DNA of 64,000 bases from the human T2T-CHM13v2.0 reference genome, Homo sapiens: the NCBI RefSeq assembly GCF_009914755.1, contig NC_060934.1; one strand, written 5' to 3'. The notes beneath the pieces are model-generated. The model searched no databases, was not told the origin of the DNA, and was given only the letters and a program-made list of their open reading frames with translations. The position numbers and the translations under genes were made by a program. Within the stretch, counting starts at the first letter, position 1. Each line of letters opens with the position of its first letter. Below are positions 45,325-59,168 of the stretch, one piece after another.

Positions 45325-47742
45325 AATTATATATATAATGATATATTATATTACAAAATTGTATATCATTATATATTATATTATAAAAGTATATATCATT
45401 ATATATTATAGTATATTATAAAATATATAAAATTATTAAAATATAATTTTATATATTATAAAAATATATAAAGTTATATATTATATAATTATATTCTATA
45501 TATAATTATAGGGTATATAATTATATTCTATTTATAATTTTAGGGTATATAATTATATTCTATATATAATAATAGGGTATATAATTATAATCTATATATA
45601 ATAATGGGGTATATAATTATAATCTATATATAATAATGGGGTATATAATTATATTCTATATATAATAATGGGGTATATAATTATATTCTATATATAATTA
45701 TAGGGTATATAATTATATTCTATATATAATTATAGGGTATATAATTATATTCTATATATAATTATAGGGTATATAATTATATTCTATATATAATTATAGG
45801 GTATATAATTATATTCTATATATAATTATAGGGTATATAATTATATTCTATATATAATTATAGGGTATATAATTATATTCTATATATAATTATAGGGTAT
45901 ATAATTATATTCTATATATAATTATAGGGTATATAATTATATTCTATATATAATTATAGGGTATATAATTATATTCTATATATAATTATAGGGTATATAA
46001 TTATATTCTATATATAATTATAGGGTATATAATTATATTCTATATATAATTATAGGGTATATAATTATATTCTATTTATAATTATAGGGTATATAATTAT
46101 ATTCTATATATAATTATAGGGTATATAATTATATTCTATATATAATTATAGGGTATATAATTATATTCTATATATAATTATAGGGTATATAATTATATTC
46201 TATTTATGATTATAGGGTATATAATTATATTCTATTTATGATTATAGGGTATATAATTATATTCTATTTATGATTATAGGGTATATAATTATATTCTATT
46301 TATGATTATAGGGTATATAATTATATTCTATTTATGATTATAGGGTATATAATTATATTCTATTTATGATTATAGGGTATATAATTATATTCTATTTATG
46401 ATTATAGGGTATATAATTATATTCTATTTATGATTATAGGGTATATAATTATATTCTATTTATGATTATAGGGTATATAATTATATTCTATTTATGATTA
46501 TAGGGTATATAATTATATTCTATTTATGATTATAGGGTATATAATTATATTCTATTTATAATTATAGGGTATATAATTATATTCTATTTATAATTCTAGG
46601 GTATATAATTATATTCTATTTATAATTCTAGGGTATATAATTATATTCTATTTATAATTCTAGGGTATATAATTATATTCTATTTATAATTCTAGGGTAT
46701 ATAATTATATTCTATTTATAATTCTAGGGTATATAATTATATTCTATATATAATTCTAGGGTATATAATTATATTCTATATATAATTCTAGGGTATATAA
46801 TTATATTCTATATATAATTCTAGGGTATATAATTATATTCTATATATAATTCTAGGGTATATAATTATATTCTATATATAATTCTAGGGTATATAATTAT
46901 ATTCTATATATAATTCTAGGGTATATAATTATATTCTATATATAATTCTAGGGTATATAATTATATTCTATATATAATTCTAGGGTATATAATTATATTC
47001 TATATATAATTCTAGGGTATATAATTATATTCTATATATAATTCTAGGGTATATAATTATATTCTATATATAATTCTAGGGTATATAATTATATTCTATA
47101 TATAATTCTAGGGTATATAATTATATTCTATATATAATTCTAGGGTATATAATTATATTCTATTTATAATTCTAGGGTATATAATTATATTCTATTTATA
47201 ATTCTAGGGTATATAATTATATTCTGTATATAATTCTAGGGTATATAATTATATTCTATTTATAATTCTAGGGTATATAATTATATTCTATTTATAATTC
47301 TAGGGTATATAATTATATTCTATATATAATTCTAGGGTATATAATTATATTCTATATATAATTCTAGGGTATATAATTATATTCTATATATAATTCTAGG
47401 GTATATAATTATATTCTATATATAATTCTAGGGTATATAATTATATTCTATATATAATTCTAGGGTATATAATTATATTCTATATATAATTATAGGGTGT
47501 ATAATTATATTCTATATATAATTATAGGGTATATAGTTATATATAATTGTATAGTATATAATTATAGGGTATATAATTATGTATAATTGTATAGTACATA
47601 ATTACATATAAAATTACATAATTATACATAATTACATAGTATATAATTATATATAAAATTATATAATTATACACACAATTATATGTTATATTATAAAATT
47701 ATATAATATATAATTATATTAAAATTTATATATAAAATTCTA
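45325..47742. repeat. AT-rich 32-bp minisatellite (VNTR) with degenerate AT-rich flanks
   Basis: Unit GGGTATATAATTATATTCTATATATAATTATA; GGG recurs every 32 bp from 45511 to 47527 (63 complete units). Confidence 0.98.
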
Positions 47743-48551
47743 TTTCATAGCATATAAGACTGAAATCTTCTTGTTGTAATTTATAGCTGAAATACCTAAG
47801 TTGTAAAGACATTTTTCCTTTTGAATTAAGTTCTGGGAGAAAATGATTTTTCCTCTTGAATTTTTTTTTTAATAGGTGTCTCATGGTGATTTTAAGAAAG
47901 AGATGTAATCTACATTGTGCAATTATGGAATCTCCAAAGCAAACATTGTAAGAGATTTTAAATATCTGATATACTATCTAAGAATGCACAACATAGGCCA
48001 TATATGTCACATTTACATCAAATAATATTTGCTTAAACATGAGAATGAGTAAGCAAAATTCTTATCATACTGTTCTTGGTCTGGGGTTCAGGAATAAAAA
48101 AAAATATTTACATCACTCAAACATTGTTCCTATGTCTTATCTATCGGGCTTAGATCTAACTTTGTTGCATCTACCAGATCCCCTCACTAATCTTATTGGG
48201 TTATACGGTGTGTTCCTATATGACAGATTTGCTATATTCTGTTTTAAAAAGGAAACATGAGATAGCTCAGGACATGGCTCATCCAGGTCACTGGAATAAC
48301 CCAGAATATAAACTTGCTCCTTGGAACAGGGCATGCAGAATGCCTCACATTCAGCTGAAGTTGTTGGAAAGAAATAACAATCCAGCAAAATAATGTAATA
48401 AACACACAAAGCCTTCTGTGACTCATGGTAAGTGGTAGCTCTAACCCAAGGACTAGAAGAACTTGTCAGGAAGACATCTGGAAGTAAATGGGCCAGGATT
48501 CAATTAGGGTAGCATTATCAGGGTCTAACAGAAAGTAGACAAGTTCTGGTT

Positions 48552-48865
48552 GGCTGGGCATGGTGGCTCACTCCTGTAATCTCTGCACTTTGGGAGGCGA
48601 GGTGGGCAAATCACCTGAGGTCAGGAGTTTGAGATCAGCCTGGCCAACATGGTGAAACCCCGTCTCTACTAAAAATACAAAAATTAGCCGGGTATGGTGG
48701 CACACTCATGTAATCCCAGCTACTCTGGAGGCTGAAACAAGAGAATCGCTTGAACCTGGGAGGCGAGGTTGCAGTGAGCAAGATCAAGCCACTGCACTCC
48801 AGCCTAGGTGGCAGAGTGAGACTCTGTCTCAAAAAACAAACAAACAAACAACAACAACAACAAAA
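48552..48865 (+). mobile_element. AluSx
   Basis: ATCACCTGAGGTCAGGAG; (AAAC)/(AAC) tail; TSD core AGTTCTG. Confidence 0.93.
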
Positions 48866-49152
48866 TAGTTCTGATCATTTCTAGCCAAAGAGTTGAGCTA
48901 ATACATAAATAAATAAATAAATCAGGAGGGTCTAATTTCCTGTGCTTTAAAAGGCATAAGGCAGGAGTTCACTTAGCAGAAAAATAAATACATCATCATA
49001 AACTCAGCGCTGACTTGGTACCAGCTGCTGCAGGGCCACAGACTTTTATTTTTTGTGTCTCAGGTAGAGATTGAGTCTAGAGAGTAGAGGAAGATTGGAA
49101 ACCAGTACACCCAACAACCGGTAAGCAAGGCCATTTGTAATAGTTATTGTAA

Positions 49153-49283
49153 TTGTTCTCAAATTAGGTATGCCAGAATTCCTGGAGTAGATTAGTAAAA
49201 ATGCAGATTCTAGTTAATCACTCAAACTGATTCTCTGGATTTAATAAAGCATAAGAAGTCATCTGAAGACCATACCTTGAAAA
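49153..49283. mobile_element. MER5-like hAT fragment
   Basis: TTCTCAAA...CAGAATTCCTGGAG...AAAATGCAGATTC...GACCATACCTTGAAAA. Confidence 0.5.
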
Positions 49284-49285
49284 TG

Positions 49286-49480
49286 TTAGTGGTTAGAAAG
49301 TAGTGGCTAGAAGCAGACAGACTTAATTGTGTGCCAACACCTCCATTTCCTAGCTGTGTGACTTGGAGCAAGTTACTAATTCACAGCTTCACAGAATAAA
49401 ATGCTAATAAATTCTACCTCACAAGATTGTCATAGGGTAACTAAAAGATAGGGCATGACATGTAGTACATATTGAATATT
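49286..49480 (+). mobile_element. MIR
   Basis: TAGTGGTTAG...TTCCTAGCTGTGTGACTTGGAGCAAGTTACT...CTACCTCACAAGATTGT. Confidence 0.72.
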
Positions 49481-49899
49481 TTCTCATTTAAAAAAGCACT
49501 CTTATTAGAGCTGGGAACCAAGCAAAGCCTAATGATAGGTGTTAGGAAAATTATAGGATTATGTTTCCTCCCTCATTCTGATTGGTAAAATTAAGAGCAT
49601 CATGTACTTCTGAAAAATTAACAAAATTTTCACAGTTTGTTAATTTTTAATTTTAATGCTATAAACATTATATCAAGGAAATTTAATCTTTGCAAGGGGC
49701 TTCATAAAGCAAATAGAGAGCTCATATAACTTTGATTTCTGAAAATGACAAAATAAGGAGAAGTAAATATATAGCTAAAAGTATAAGTATGGATTCTGTA
49801 GGACATCATCTAATGAGATCTGGTGGATATGGAGATTTGAATCATCCTTCATAAGTTCTAAAATTACAGTATTTTCCAAAATAGTGTTTGAAACTATTT

Positions 49900-50003
49900 A
49901 TGCTTTTTATGTAGGCATTTATTGCTATAAACTTGCCTCTTAATACTACTTTTTTTGTATACCACAAGTTTTGGTATCTTGTTTCTGTTTTCATTTGTTT
50001 CAA
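49900..50003 (-). mobile_element. L1 ORF2 fragment
   Basis: Track ORF 49842-50210 contains RYQNLWY..KVVLRGKFIAINAYIK, an L1 ORF2 linker motif. Confidence 0.8.
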
Positions 50004-50004
50004 C

Positions 50005-50190
50005 AGGGATTTCCACTTTTGCTTCTTCCTCATTTTCTCTTGCTTCCACCATGTAAGAAGTGCCTCTCTCTGCCTGCCATGATTCTGAGTTCTCCCCAGC
50101 CATGTGGAACTGTAAGTCCAATTAAACCTTTTTATTTTCTTCCCAGTCTCGGGTATGTCTTCATCAGCAGCGTGAACACAGACTAATACA
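50005..50190 (+). mobile_element. THE1A LTR, 3' half only
   Basis: CTTTTGCTTCTTCCTCATTTTCTCTTGC...CATGTGGAACTGTAAGTCCAATTAAACC...CCCAGTCTCGGGTATGTC...GACTAATACA. Confidence 0.85.
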
Positions 50191-51128
50191 CACTCATAAT
50201 TTCTCTTCATATTCCTAAAGTTGTCAAGTACTCAACAAAAGCAAGCAAGAGGACTAAATTTGCAAAAATATTTAACCTACTGCCCAAACTATTTAAGCTC
50301 TTAACTATAAAATACCCAAAAGGTTAAATTAGTCAAATATATGACTCATAGTTTTGGAAAAGTAAAATGAAATATATGCAAATTTATGTAAAAAGAATTC
50401 AGGCACATTGTATTATTCCAAATATAGAAGCAATTTGCATATCTTTATTAATAGCAAAGGCAAATATTGGAACTGAGCTGGGAATTTCAAAAAAAAACTG
50501 GAAGTAAAATTAGTGCAGTCCATGGTTTGTAAATTATATGAGAGCATTATAAATTAAGTCCACATAGCCCCTTACTGCATGGGGATTTCAGAATAAGAAG
50601 TCTATTCTGACATATTTTAACGTAATTTCCTGGTCAGAAGGCTAGGAAAAGATCTTATTTCAAAAATTGGAGACTTGAAAGTTCTGAAACAAGATAACTA
50701 TTTCAGTAGAATACATTTTATTTGATCAATGCACTCTGATTTTCTAATAAGAATTTCCTACATATAATTGTTTAAAATAGCGAGATCTCAGTTATTCTTT
50801 CTTTTTGTTGGTACTTCTGAGACTTTTCCTCTTCCTTCTTCCTAAATCTCTCGCCCTGTTTCTGGATTTCATGCTTTCACACTATAACCCTACTAACACC
50901 TGCTTGTTGCAGTCCTTTAACATCTCTAAGTCAATCCCCCTTATTCATTAAAAATTTTAGTTCATGGCTTACTGCCATCCTCTTCAAATTCATCCTATCA
51001 TAATTTATGGTGATTTACATCTTTTTACAGACTATCCTGCACCTTGGCCTCACCTCCCATGACCTTGTCTCCCTCAGGGATCTTGTCATCCATCCTACAT
51101 CACCCATTTACTTCCATCAGCCTACCTT

Positions 51129-51954
<826 letters not shown>

Positions 51955-53275
51955 CACTTGAATTTGTTTTTCCTAATAACTACATTTCATCTTAAATTTC
52001 ATTTTCATGTATTTCATCCTCTGACACGTTTTCATCTTCCCAGCTCACTCTCTATAGTACAATTGCAACAATTCTTCAACCCCATCAGGGCCTACCATCT
52101 ATTACTCTAACTACTTTTTCACTATCACTCATACTGCTTGAGTATATGTAATTTCTTAGCCCTGCTAGATTCAAGAATTCAGAATCATATTAAATTACAT
52201 AAAGACATATGCATCTTTTATTCCATCCATATCTTTTATTGCACTTTCTTTATTGTGCCTTCATGGGAAAAGAAAACAGACTGATTAAGTTCAACTCTCA
52301 ACGTACTCTGAATTTGCATATGTAGAGAGACTAGAACTGACAGATTTATTGCTAAATGTGCTAACATTAACCTCATAGTGCTTAGAGATACCCATCATTA
52401 CTACTTTCCTATAGTTTATTTATTCTTCTATTTTAAGCCAACCACTTCAAAATTTCTTCTCAAGCCTTCACTACCTTCTTTCCAGTCTTCTTTTCCAACA
52501 GGTAAGCCTCCAAATATTTAGCTTGCTTTTATTACATTTGTAAAACATATTTTTTACACATGAGTATATAAAGCAGATGAGATGTTCATTGAAGGAATGG
52601 GAGCCATCTGAAAAGAAATTACCTTAGCTCTCACCAAAACCTCTCTCCACCTCTCTGCACCTGTGTTCATATAATCTTCCTTTCCTTGTTTACCACCGAG
52701 AAGCTCCCTATGCCCCTTTCTGAGAACGTATCTTTCACTTGTTCTTTAAATCTCCTTTCTTATTTGTTCAAGAACTTGTATCCTTTTCCACTTTCATAAC
52801 TCTCCATCTTCTGCCAACTACTGCCCCAGTGGTTGGTATTGTTAGTCTTTCTTTATTGTTTCTTTTAAAATCAAACTTCTCCATATGGTTAGTTATACCT
52901 ATTTAATCTTATTTCACTCTTTCTCTCCTGAGCATATTGCAATTAAGCTTTAATCCCTTGTCCACCAAAACTACTTCTAATGATCTTCATGCTGCAAAAT
53001 ACAGTATTTATTACTCAGTTCCTGTTTATAGGAGAATTGTCTATAGCACTGACATAGATCACTCCATCTTTCTGGAACACTTTTCATACGGCTTGCAGAA
53101 TATCATACTTCTCATTACTGCCTTTCTCAGTAGTCATTCTTCATTCTTCGATTATGCTGATTCCTTCACATCTTCCCAACTTTCAAGTGATGGAGAGTCC
53201 CCAGGTACCTTTTCCCTTTGTTTTTACTCTACCTATGGCCTCTTCCTTGGTAATCTTATGCGTTCTCATGGGTTT

Positions 53276-53743
53276 TGTCAAGATAAAAGAAGAAACAGGA
53301 AAAATTAATATAAGTGGAGAGCTTATTTGGGACAAGATGAGGACATCTACCCAGAAGACTAGAAGGGTCAGCATATGAACTTCATTTGGCCTTTGTTACA
53401 AGCAGGTTTTTAAAGGCAAATAGGAGGACAGGAAATGGGTTGATAGTTGTTTGTCAGGAATTCTCATTGATTTACAGAAATGACATTGATTAGTGATTGG
53501 CTATACATTGTTGGAACATAGGGCATGGGTTATGGTGTACAACATGCAGCATTATTAGATAAATTTATAGCTACTTGTGGTAACAGTCAGTCTAGAGTCC
53601 ACATAATAAGCAGCTTGAAGAGATGATTACTTAGCTCAAGGGAGGAAGTGGGATATGACTGCTGCCTCATTCCTATGCCTCTTAGGGCCTGATAATTTAG
53701 AGGAGGCTCACATTCCTTAGATAAAATGTCCTTTTCTTTCTCA
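53276..53743 (-). mobile_element. ERV1 solo LTR, MER65-like
   Basis: TGTCA...GGCCTTTGTTACAAGCAGGTTTTTAAAGGC...GTCAGGAATTCTCATTG...CTTTTCTTTCTCA; 4-bp TSD GTTT/GTTC. Confidence 0.8.
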
Positions 53744-54766
53744 GTTCAAATACAACCTACACACTGATGTTCCAAGTTATATTTCCAACCCAGACCTCTT
53801 CTCTGAACTCTAGGCTTATTATAAAACAAACTACCACCTTGACAATTTCTACAAGTCCAAAAACTGAACATTTAATCTCTATTCCAGATATGTCCAACTT
53901 CCCATTTTCTTTATCTCAGTACATGAGAACTCCACCTCATCAAGTTAACAGGCTAAAAAATAATTTGAAATCACTTGACTATTCTCTTTGTCTTATATAC
54001 TATATCCAACATGTCAAAATAGCCTGTTTTCTCTTCCTAAAAACGACATTAAAGATCTCTTTCTTACCACTTCAACCAGTATTATTCTGACCCAAGTCTT
54101 TCTTAACCAAATCATTGTAATAGTCTCCTAATTTATCTCACTGGTTCCTTTTTGTCAACTGACAACTTACTGTCAACATGTAAAACAGAGTGACCCACTT
54201 AAAATATAAGTCATTTAATGTAACTCCTCTGCTCCAAAGCCCTCTCATCTCTTCAGTGGCTTCTCATCTCACTTAAAGTAAGACTTAATGTCTTTACAAT
54301 GTCCTGCCAGTTCACCTGATTTATCTGACTCATCTTGCACGTTCCCCGACTCTTCACACTGCTTCAGCTGTACTGGCTTCCTTGATGTTTCTAGAAAACA
54401 CTAGGCTGTCTCCCATCTAGGTGCCTGGGTGCTTGTATTATGCATATCCACATGCCTGACACCTTTACCTTTCTCAAGGTTTTGCTCAAATATTACATTT
54501 CTAAAGTTGCTGTTCCCACTAATTATTTTTTTCATTTGAAATATTGCTTCCCAACTAACAATGACTCTCACTAAACAGTACTCCCATTTCCCCTTCCCTG
54601 CTGTATTTTACTTCATAGTGGTTATTACCACTTGAAATGCTAATTGTTATTTGTTTGACTGTTCTAATCACTCTGTTTTCCAACAATAACATAAGCTCCA
54701 TGATGGCAGAGATTTTTACCAGTTGTGTTCTCTGACATATCTTTAGTGTCTATAAAAGAACCTGGC

Positions 54767-55110
<344 letters not shown>

Positions 55111-55402
55111 TTATGAATTAATATTAATAGGAGTCCTTGGTGAAGAGTCCTAAGACTGGGAAGAAGTAGATTCTGTCTGAGAAGCAAAAAGCATGAGTAT
55201 TCTGCCATTCCCAATGTTAAGGCATTTGGAGTTGAAATAGGAAGATGCAAAGAGTTTGATTCAGCCCAACCAACAGGTATCAAATTGCTCCTGTGTTCTG
55301 GGTTTGTGTTAGGCAAAATGATAACAGTAGTCTAAATCTAAACTAAAATAGAAAATTTAACAACTTGTTTTTAAATTACAGCAGAGTCAGAAGTGGTAAG
55401 CT

Positions 55403-55720
55403 GGCTGGGTGCGGTGGCTCACACCTGCAATCCCAGCACTTTGGGAGGCCAAGGCAGGAGGCTTACCTGAGGTCAGGAGTTCGGGACCAACAGGGTGAAA
55501 CCCTGTCTCTGCTAAAAATACAAAAATTAGCCGGACATGGTGGCATGCACCTGTAATCCCAGCTACTGGGGAGGCTGAGGCAGGAGAATCCCTTGAACCC
55601 GGGAGGTGTAGGTTGCAGTGACTGAGATCGCACCACTGCACTCCAGCCTGAGCAAGAGAGCAGGACTCCATCATAAAAAAAAAAAAAAAAAAAAAGAGAG
55701 AGAGAGAAAAGAAAGAAGAA
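55403..55720 (+). mobile_element. AluSx-like
   Basis: Full dimer with A/(AG)/(AAG) tail; TSD AGAAGTGGTAAGCT / AGAAGCGATAAACT. Confidence 0.93.
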
Positions 55721-55924
55721 GAAGCGATAAACTGATGTAGTGGTTGCTATGGTTATATATGGTTATATTAGTGCCAATAAAAACAAGAAGAGAACAGAAA
55801 TCAGAATCTTCCTGCAAGTCAGAGAGCGGACATGTCCTCTGTAGAAACATTTCTCATCTGTTTAACAAGAAGAGACTATCTGAATAAATACAAGTTTAGG
55901 TTTTAAAAATATTACCATAAAACC

Positions 55925-56261
55925 TGTGGTATAGATAATGCTTTTGTTCCCTCAAATTTCATATGTTGAAACCTAATTCCAAATGTGATGGTATTTGGAG
56001 ATGGGACACCTGGGAGGTGATTAGGTCATGAGGGCAAATTAATTCCCTCCTGGAAGAGGCCCCAGAGAGTTCCCTGGTCATTTCCACCATGTGAAGACAC
56101 AGCAAAAAGGTGATGGCTGTCTATAACCAGGAAGTGAGTCCTCACCAAACACCAGATCTGCCAGAATCTTGATTTTGGATTTAGCCTCCAGAACTGTGAG
56201 AAGTAAAGGTTTGTTATTGTTTATGGTGTTCTTGTGGTAATAGCCCAAGTGGGCTGAGACA
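55925..56261 (+). mobile_element. MaLR LTR, MLT1A-like
   Basis: TTCATATGTTGAAACCTAA...GGGAGGTGATTAGGTCATGAGGG...GCCTCCAGAACTGTGAGA...GAGACA. Confidence 0.85.
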
Positions 56262-56521
56262 CCTGGTTTGGACAGAAAAGAAATATATTTTTTTGTTTTC
56301 TCTCGAGGATTTAAATATATTTCTTTTTAGCCCAAAAGATACAACACAGAATAATAAAGTATGTAAGTATATAAAAACAAGGTACAATCAACTTTTCTAG
56401 ATGCCTACAAATATGATCCTAGAAAATTAAGAAGAAAAACAATACTTGAAAGACTAATTTTATCATACATGTGATATGCTATAACATGAAGATTCACAGA
56501 GCAGGGTAAACCAGATTTGCC

Positions 56522-56544
56522 AAAAAAAAAAAAAAAAAAAAAAA
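56522..56544 (+). repeat. Poly(A)23 tract
   Basis: Directly visible; no Alu or L1 body recognised upstream. Confidence 0.9.
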
Positions 56545-58061
56545 TCCACCAAAAAGCCAAAACAAAACAAAAAATAAACTTTTAAGATATTGTTTTTACA
56601 CAGAGGCTTTTGAAAAATACCCTCTTCTGATGTTTCTATTGATGATTAGCTATCTTGGCCTGGATGCTAAAGTGTAGCTACAGAGAAGAAAATTGGTGAA
56701 GCGGTGCTATATAATTGTTTTCACTTCTCATGTTGACAGCATGAAATTTGTCTGGCTACAATATTACAACCATAATCCCTAAGTATATAGAGTAATTTTT
56801 TAATGAGTATCCCAATTTGCTGGGTACATCTATGGATTTTTCCAATAATAGGGGGTTAAGAACTTCGTTGTCTATTCCCAACCATTCTAACCATTCCTTT
56901 AAAATTAATGGTAAGTAATATCTAAGACTTCTTGCTTAAACAACAGTTACAATATAGGGAGAAAAACCTGCTTGTATTTTAATTTACTCATTGAAACTTG
57001 AGAGATGGAGATTGAATTGTTCTTCACTAAGAATAAAAAACCTGCAAAGTAATTATATCTATTAATGTTACAGGAGAACAGTTACAGTGGCTTTTTATCC
57101 CCAGCTCCTACCAGAAGAAATCTTTACAAATTCAGTCTCAGCTCTGCCACTATCTACTTGTATGTTGATAGACAGTTATCTTTTTCTTTGACTGCTGTAG
57201 ATTTTTAGTCTATTAGGTAAGGTAATCTTTAAGACAACTCCCAGCTCATAAATTCTGGGATCCTGTAACTTGCAAATTAGAAGTCCCTGATCAGTGCAGA
57301 CATCCCTTAAGGCATGTGATATGTCTGAGAGCAGCTGCCTCCATACTAATGAGTACAGATATTGTGGGCTGACTCCCATCTGAAATTCAGCAGGCCCACT
57401 CTCCAACAGAGCCATATCTAAATGGCTATTGGTTTGCATTTCTCACTAGCTCCCCTTTCCAAGTCTTGAGCACTTAAGTCAGGATAAGATCTATCAAACT
57501 TCACCGTTAGTGACTATTCTTTTATCATGGGGTGACTAGAGAATCCCCAGGCCATGACAAAAAAGGCAGCCTTGTCAGCCAAAGCCTGATGTTGTCCTAA
57601 ACTGCAGCAACTTTATCCTCCTTCCCTGTGACAAAGTAGTCAATGAAAAATGCCTCTATTTTGTTTCTTCTTGTCAGCTCTTTTCTCTCATCATATTTAT
57701 TACTTTAGATGTGCCACCTGGTGTCAAGAGAGGTATTGGAAGAAAATCAAGATCCTGATTAAGTAAATTCTGTCAAATTAGACAGAATCACAGCAGACAT
57801 TCAGTTCAGCAGAGAACATTAATATGGCTATGTGCATGCAAGGGATCTGGGAGAAGCACATTCTGTCAGCTCTATTCTCAAAACATATCCATAACTTGAT
57901 CATTTCTCGCTACCTGACTGATACCACAGTAATCCAGCCTCTGCTAGCTCTCAAGCTCTCACCTAGAAGGCTGCAGGGGTCCTAATGGTCACTCTATTTC
58001 TACTCTTGCTCTGCTTCTCTGCACAGCATGCATAATTAGTTTTTAAAATATAATGCAGACC

Positions 58062-58607
58062 GGCCAGGTGCTGTGGCTCACGTCTGTAATCCCAGCACTT
58101 TGGGAGGCCGAGGCTGGCGGATCACAAGGTCAGGAGTTTGAGACTAGCCTGGCCAACATGGTGAAACCCTGTCTCTATTAAAGATACAAAAAAATTGGTG
58201 AAATCTTGTCTCTACTAAAAATACAAAAATTAGCTAGGTGTGGTGGCACGTGCCTGTAATCCCAGTTACTTGGGAGGCTGAGTCAGGAGAATCACTTGAA
58301 CCAGGGAGTCAGAGGTTGCAGTGAACTGAGATCACGCCACTGCACTCCAGCGTGGCGGCAGAGGGAGACTTCATCTCAAAAACAAAAAAAAAAGAGAGAG
58401 AGAGAGAGATACAAAATATTAGTTGGGCGTGGTCGTGGGTGCCTGTAATTCCAGCTACTCAGGAGGCTGAGGCAGGAGAATCGCTTGAACCCAGGAGGCT
58501 GAGCTGAGGTTGTAGTGAGCCAAGATCATACCAATGCACTCCAGCCTGGGCAACAGAGCGAGACTCCATCTCAAAAAATAAATAAATAAAAATAAAATAA
58601 GTAGAAT
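58062..58607 (+). mobile_element. AluSg-like host element split at its A-rich linker
   Basis: Left arm 58062-58196, right arm 58421-58607; outer TSD AAAATATAATGCAGACC / AAAATATGACCCAGACC. Confidence 0.88.
58197..58405 (+). mobile_element. 5'-truncated Alu (AluSc-like) nested in another Alu
   Basis: Begins GGTGAAATCTTGTCTCTAC; has its own A/(AG) tail; TSD AGATACAAAA..ATT. Confidence 0.85.
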
Positions 58608-59168
58608 AAAATATGACCCAGACCATTATGTTCTCTTGTTCAGTATCCCCATGTGACTTCCTGACACTCTCAGAATAAAATCCAAACTCCTCACCATGAA
58701 CTGTAGATCCCATAAGACCTGGGCTTTGGCTTTCTTTCAAATATTCATTTTTTCTACCTTCCTATTCCTTATCTTCTTTGCTCTAATTATCACAGCCTTC
58801 TCACTATGCCATGCATATACTCAGTGCTCTCTACTCGGGGCTTTTGTCTCAAGGCTTTCCTCTTTCCAGGAGAATTATTTTTTCAGTTGTTTACTTGGCA
58901 TTCTGTCTCACTTTATTGAGGTCTATGTTCAAACATCACCTTATCATTCATGTTTTTTAGACCAGGTATCTAATATAAAACCTCTTCATTCTGTCTAATT
59001 CCCTGACTTTATTTTTTTCAGAGCAATACCTAACATCATATTTTATATTTTTGTTTATTTGCTCAGGTCCCTTCCACTTGAATAACAACATATTGAAGGA
59101 GGGGCTTTTATGATTTGTCACTGCATCCCCAGTGCTCAGAGCAGTGTCTGACACATATTAAGCACTGA

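Noticed and set aside
45511-47526. Regular 32-bp periodicity suggesting a CRISPR array
   Set aside because: Units are head-to-tail with no unique spacers, there are no cas genes, and the context is primate DNA; it is a minisatellite
56480-56580. Orphan poly(A)23 as the tail of a processed pseudogene
   Set aside because: No upstream AATAAA at the right distance, no TSD and no recognisable ORF or RNA body
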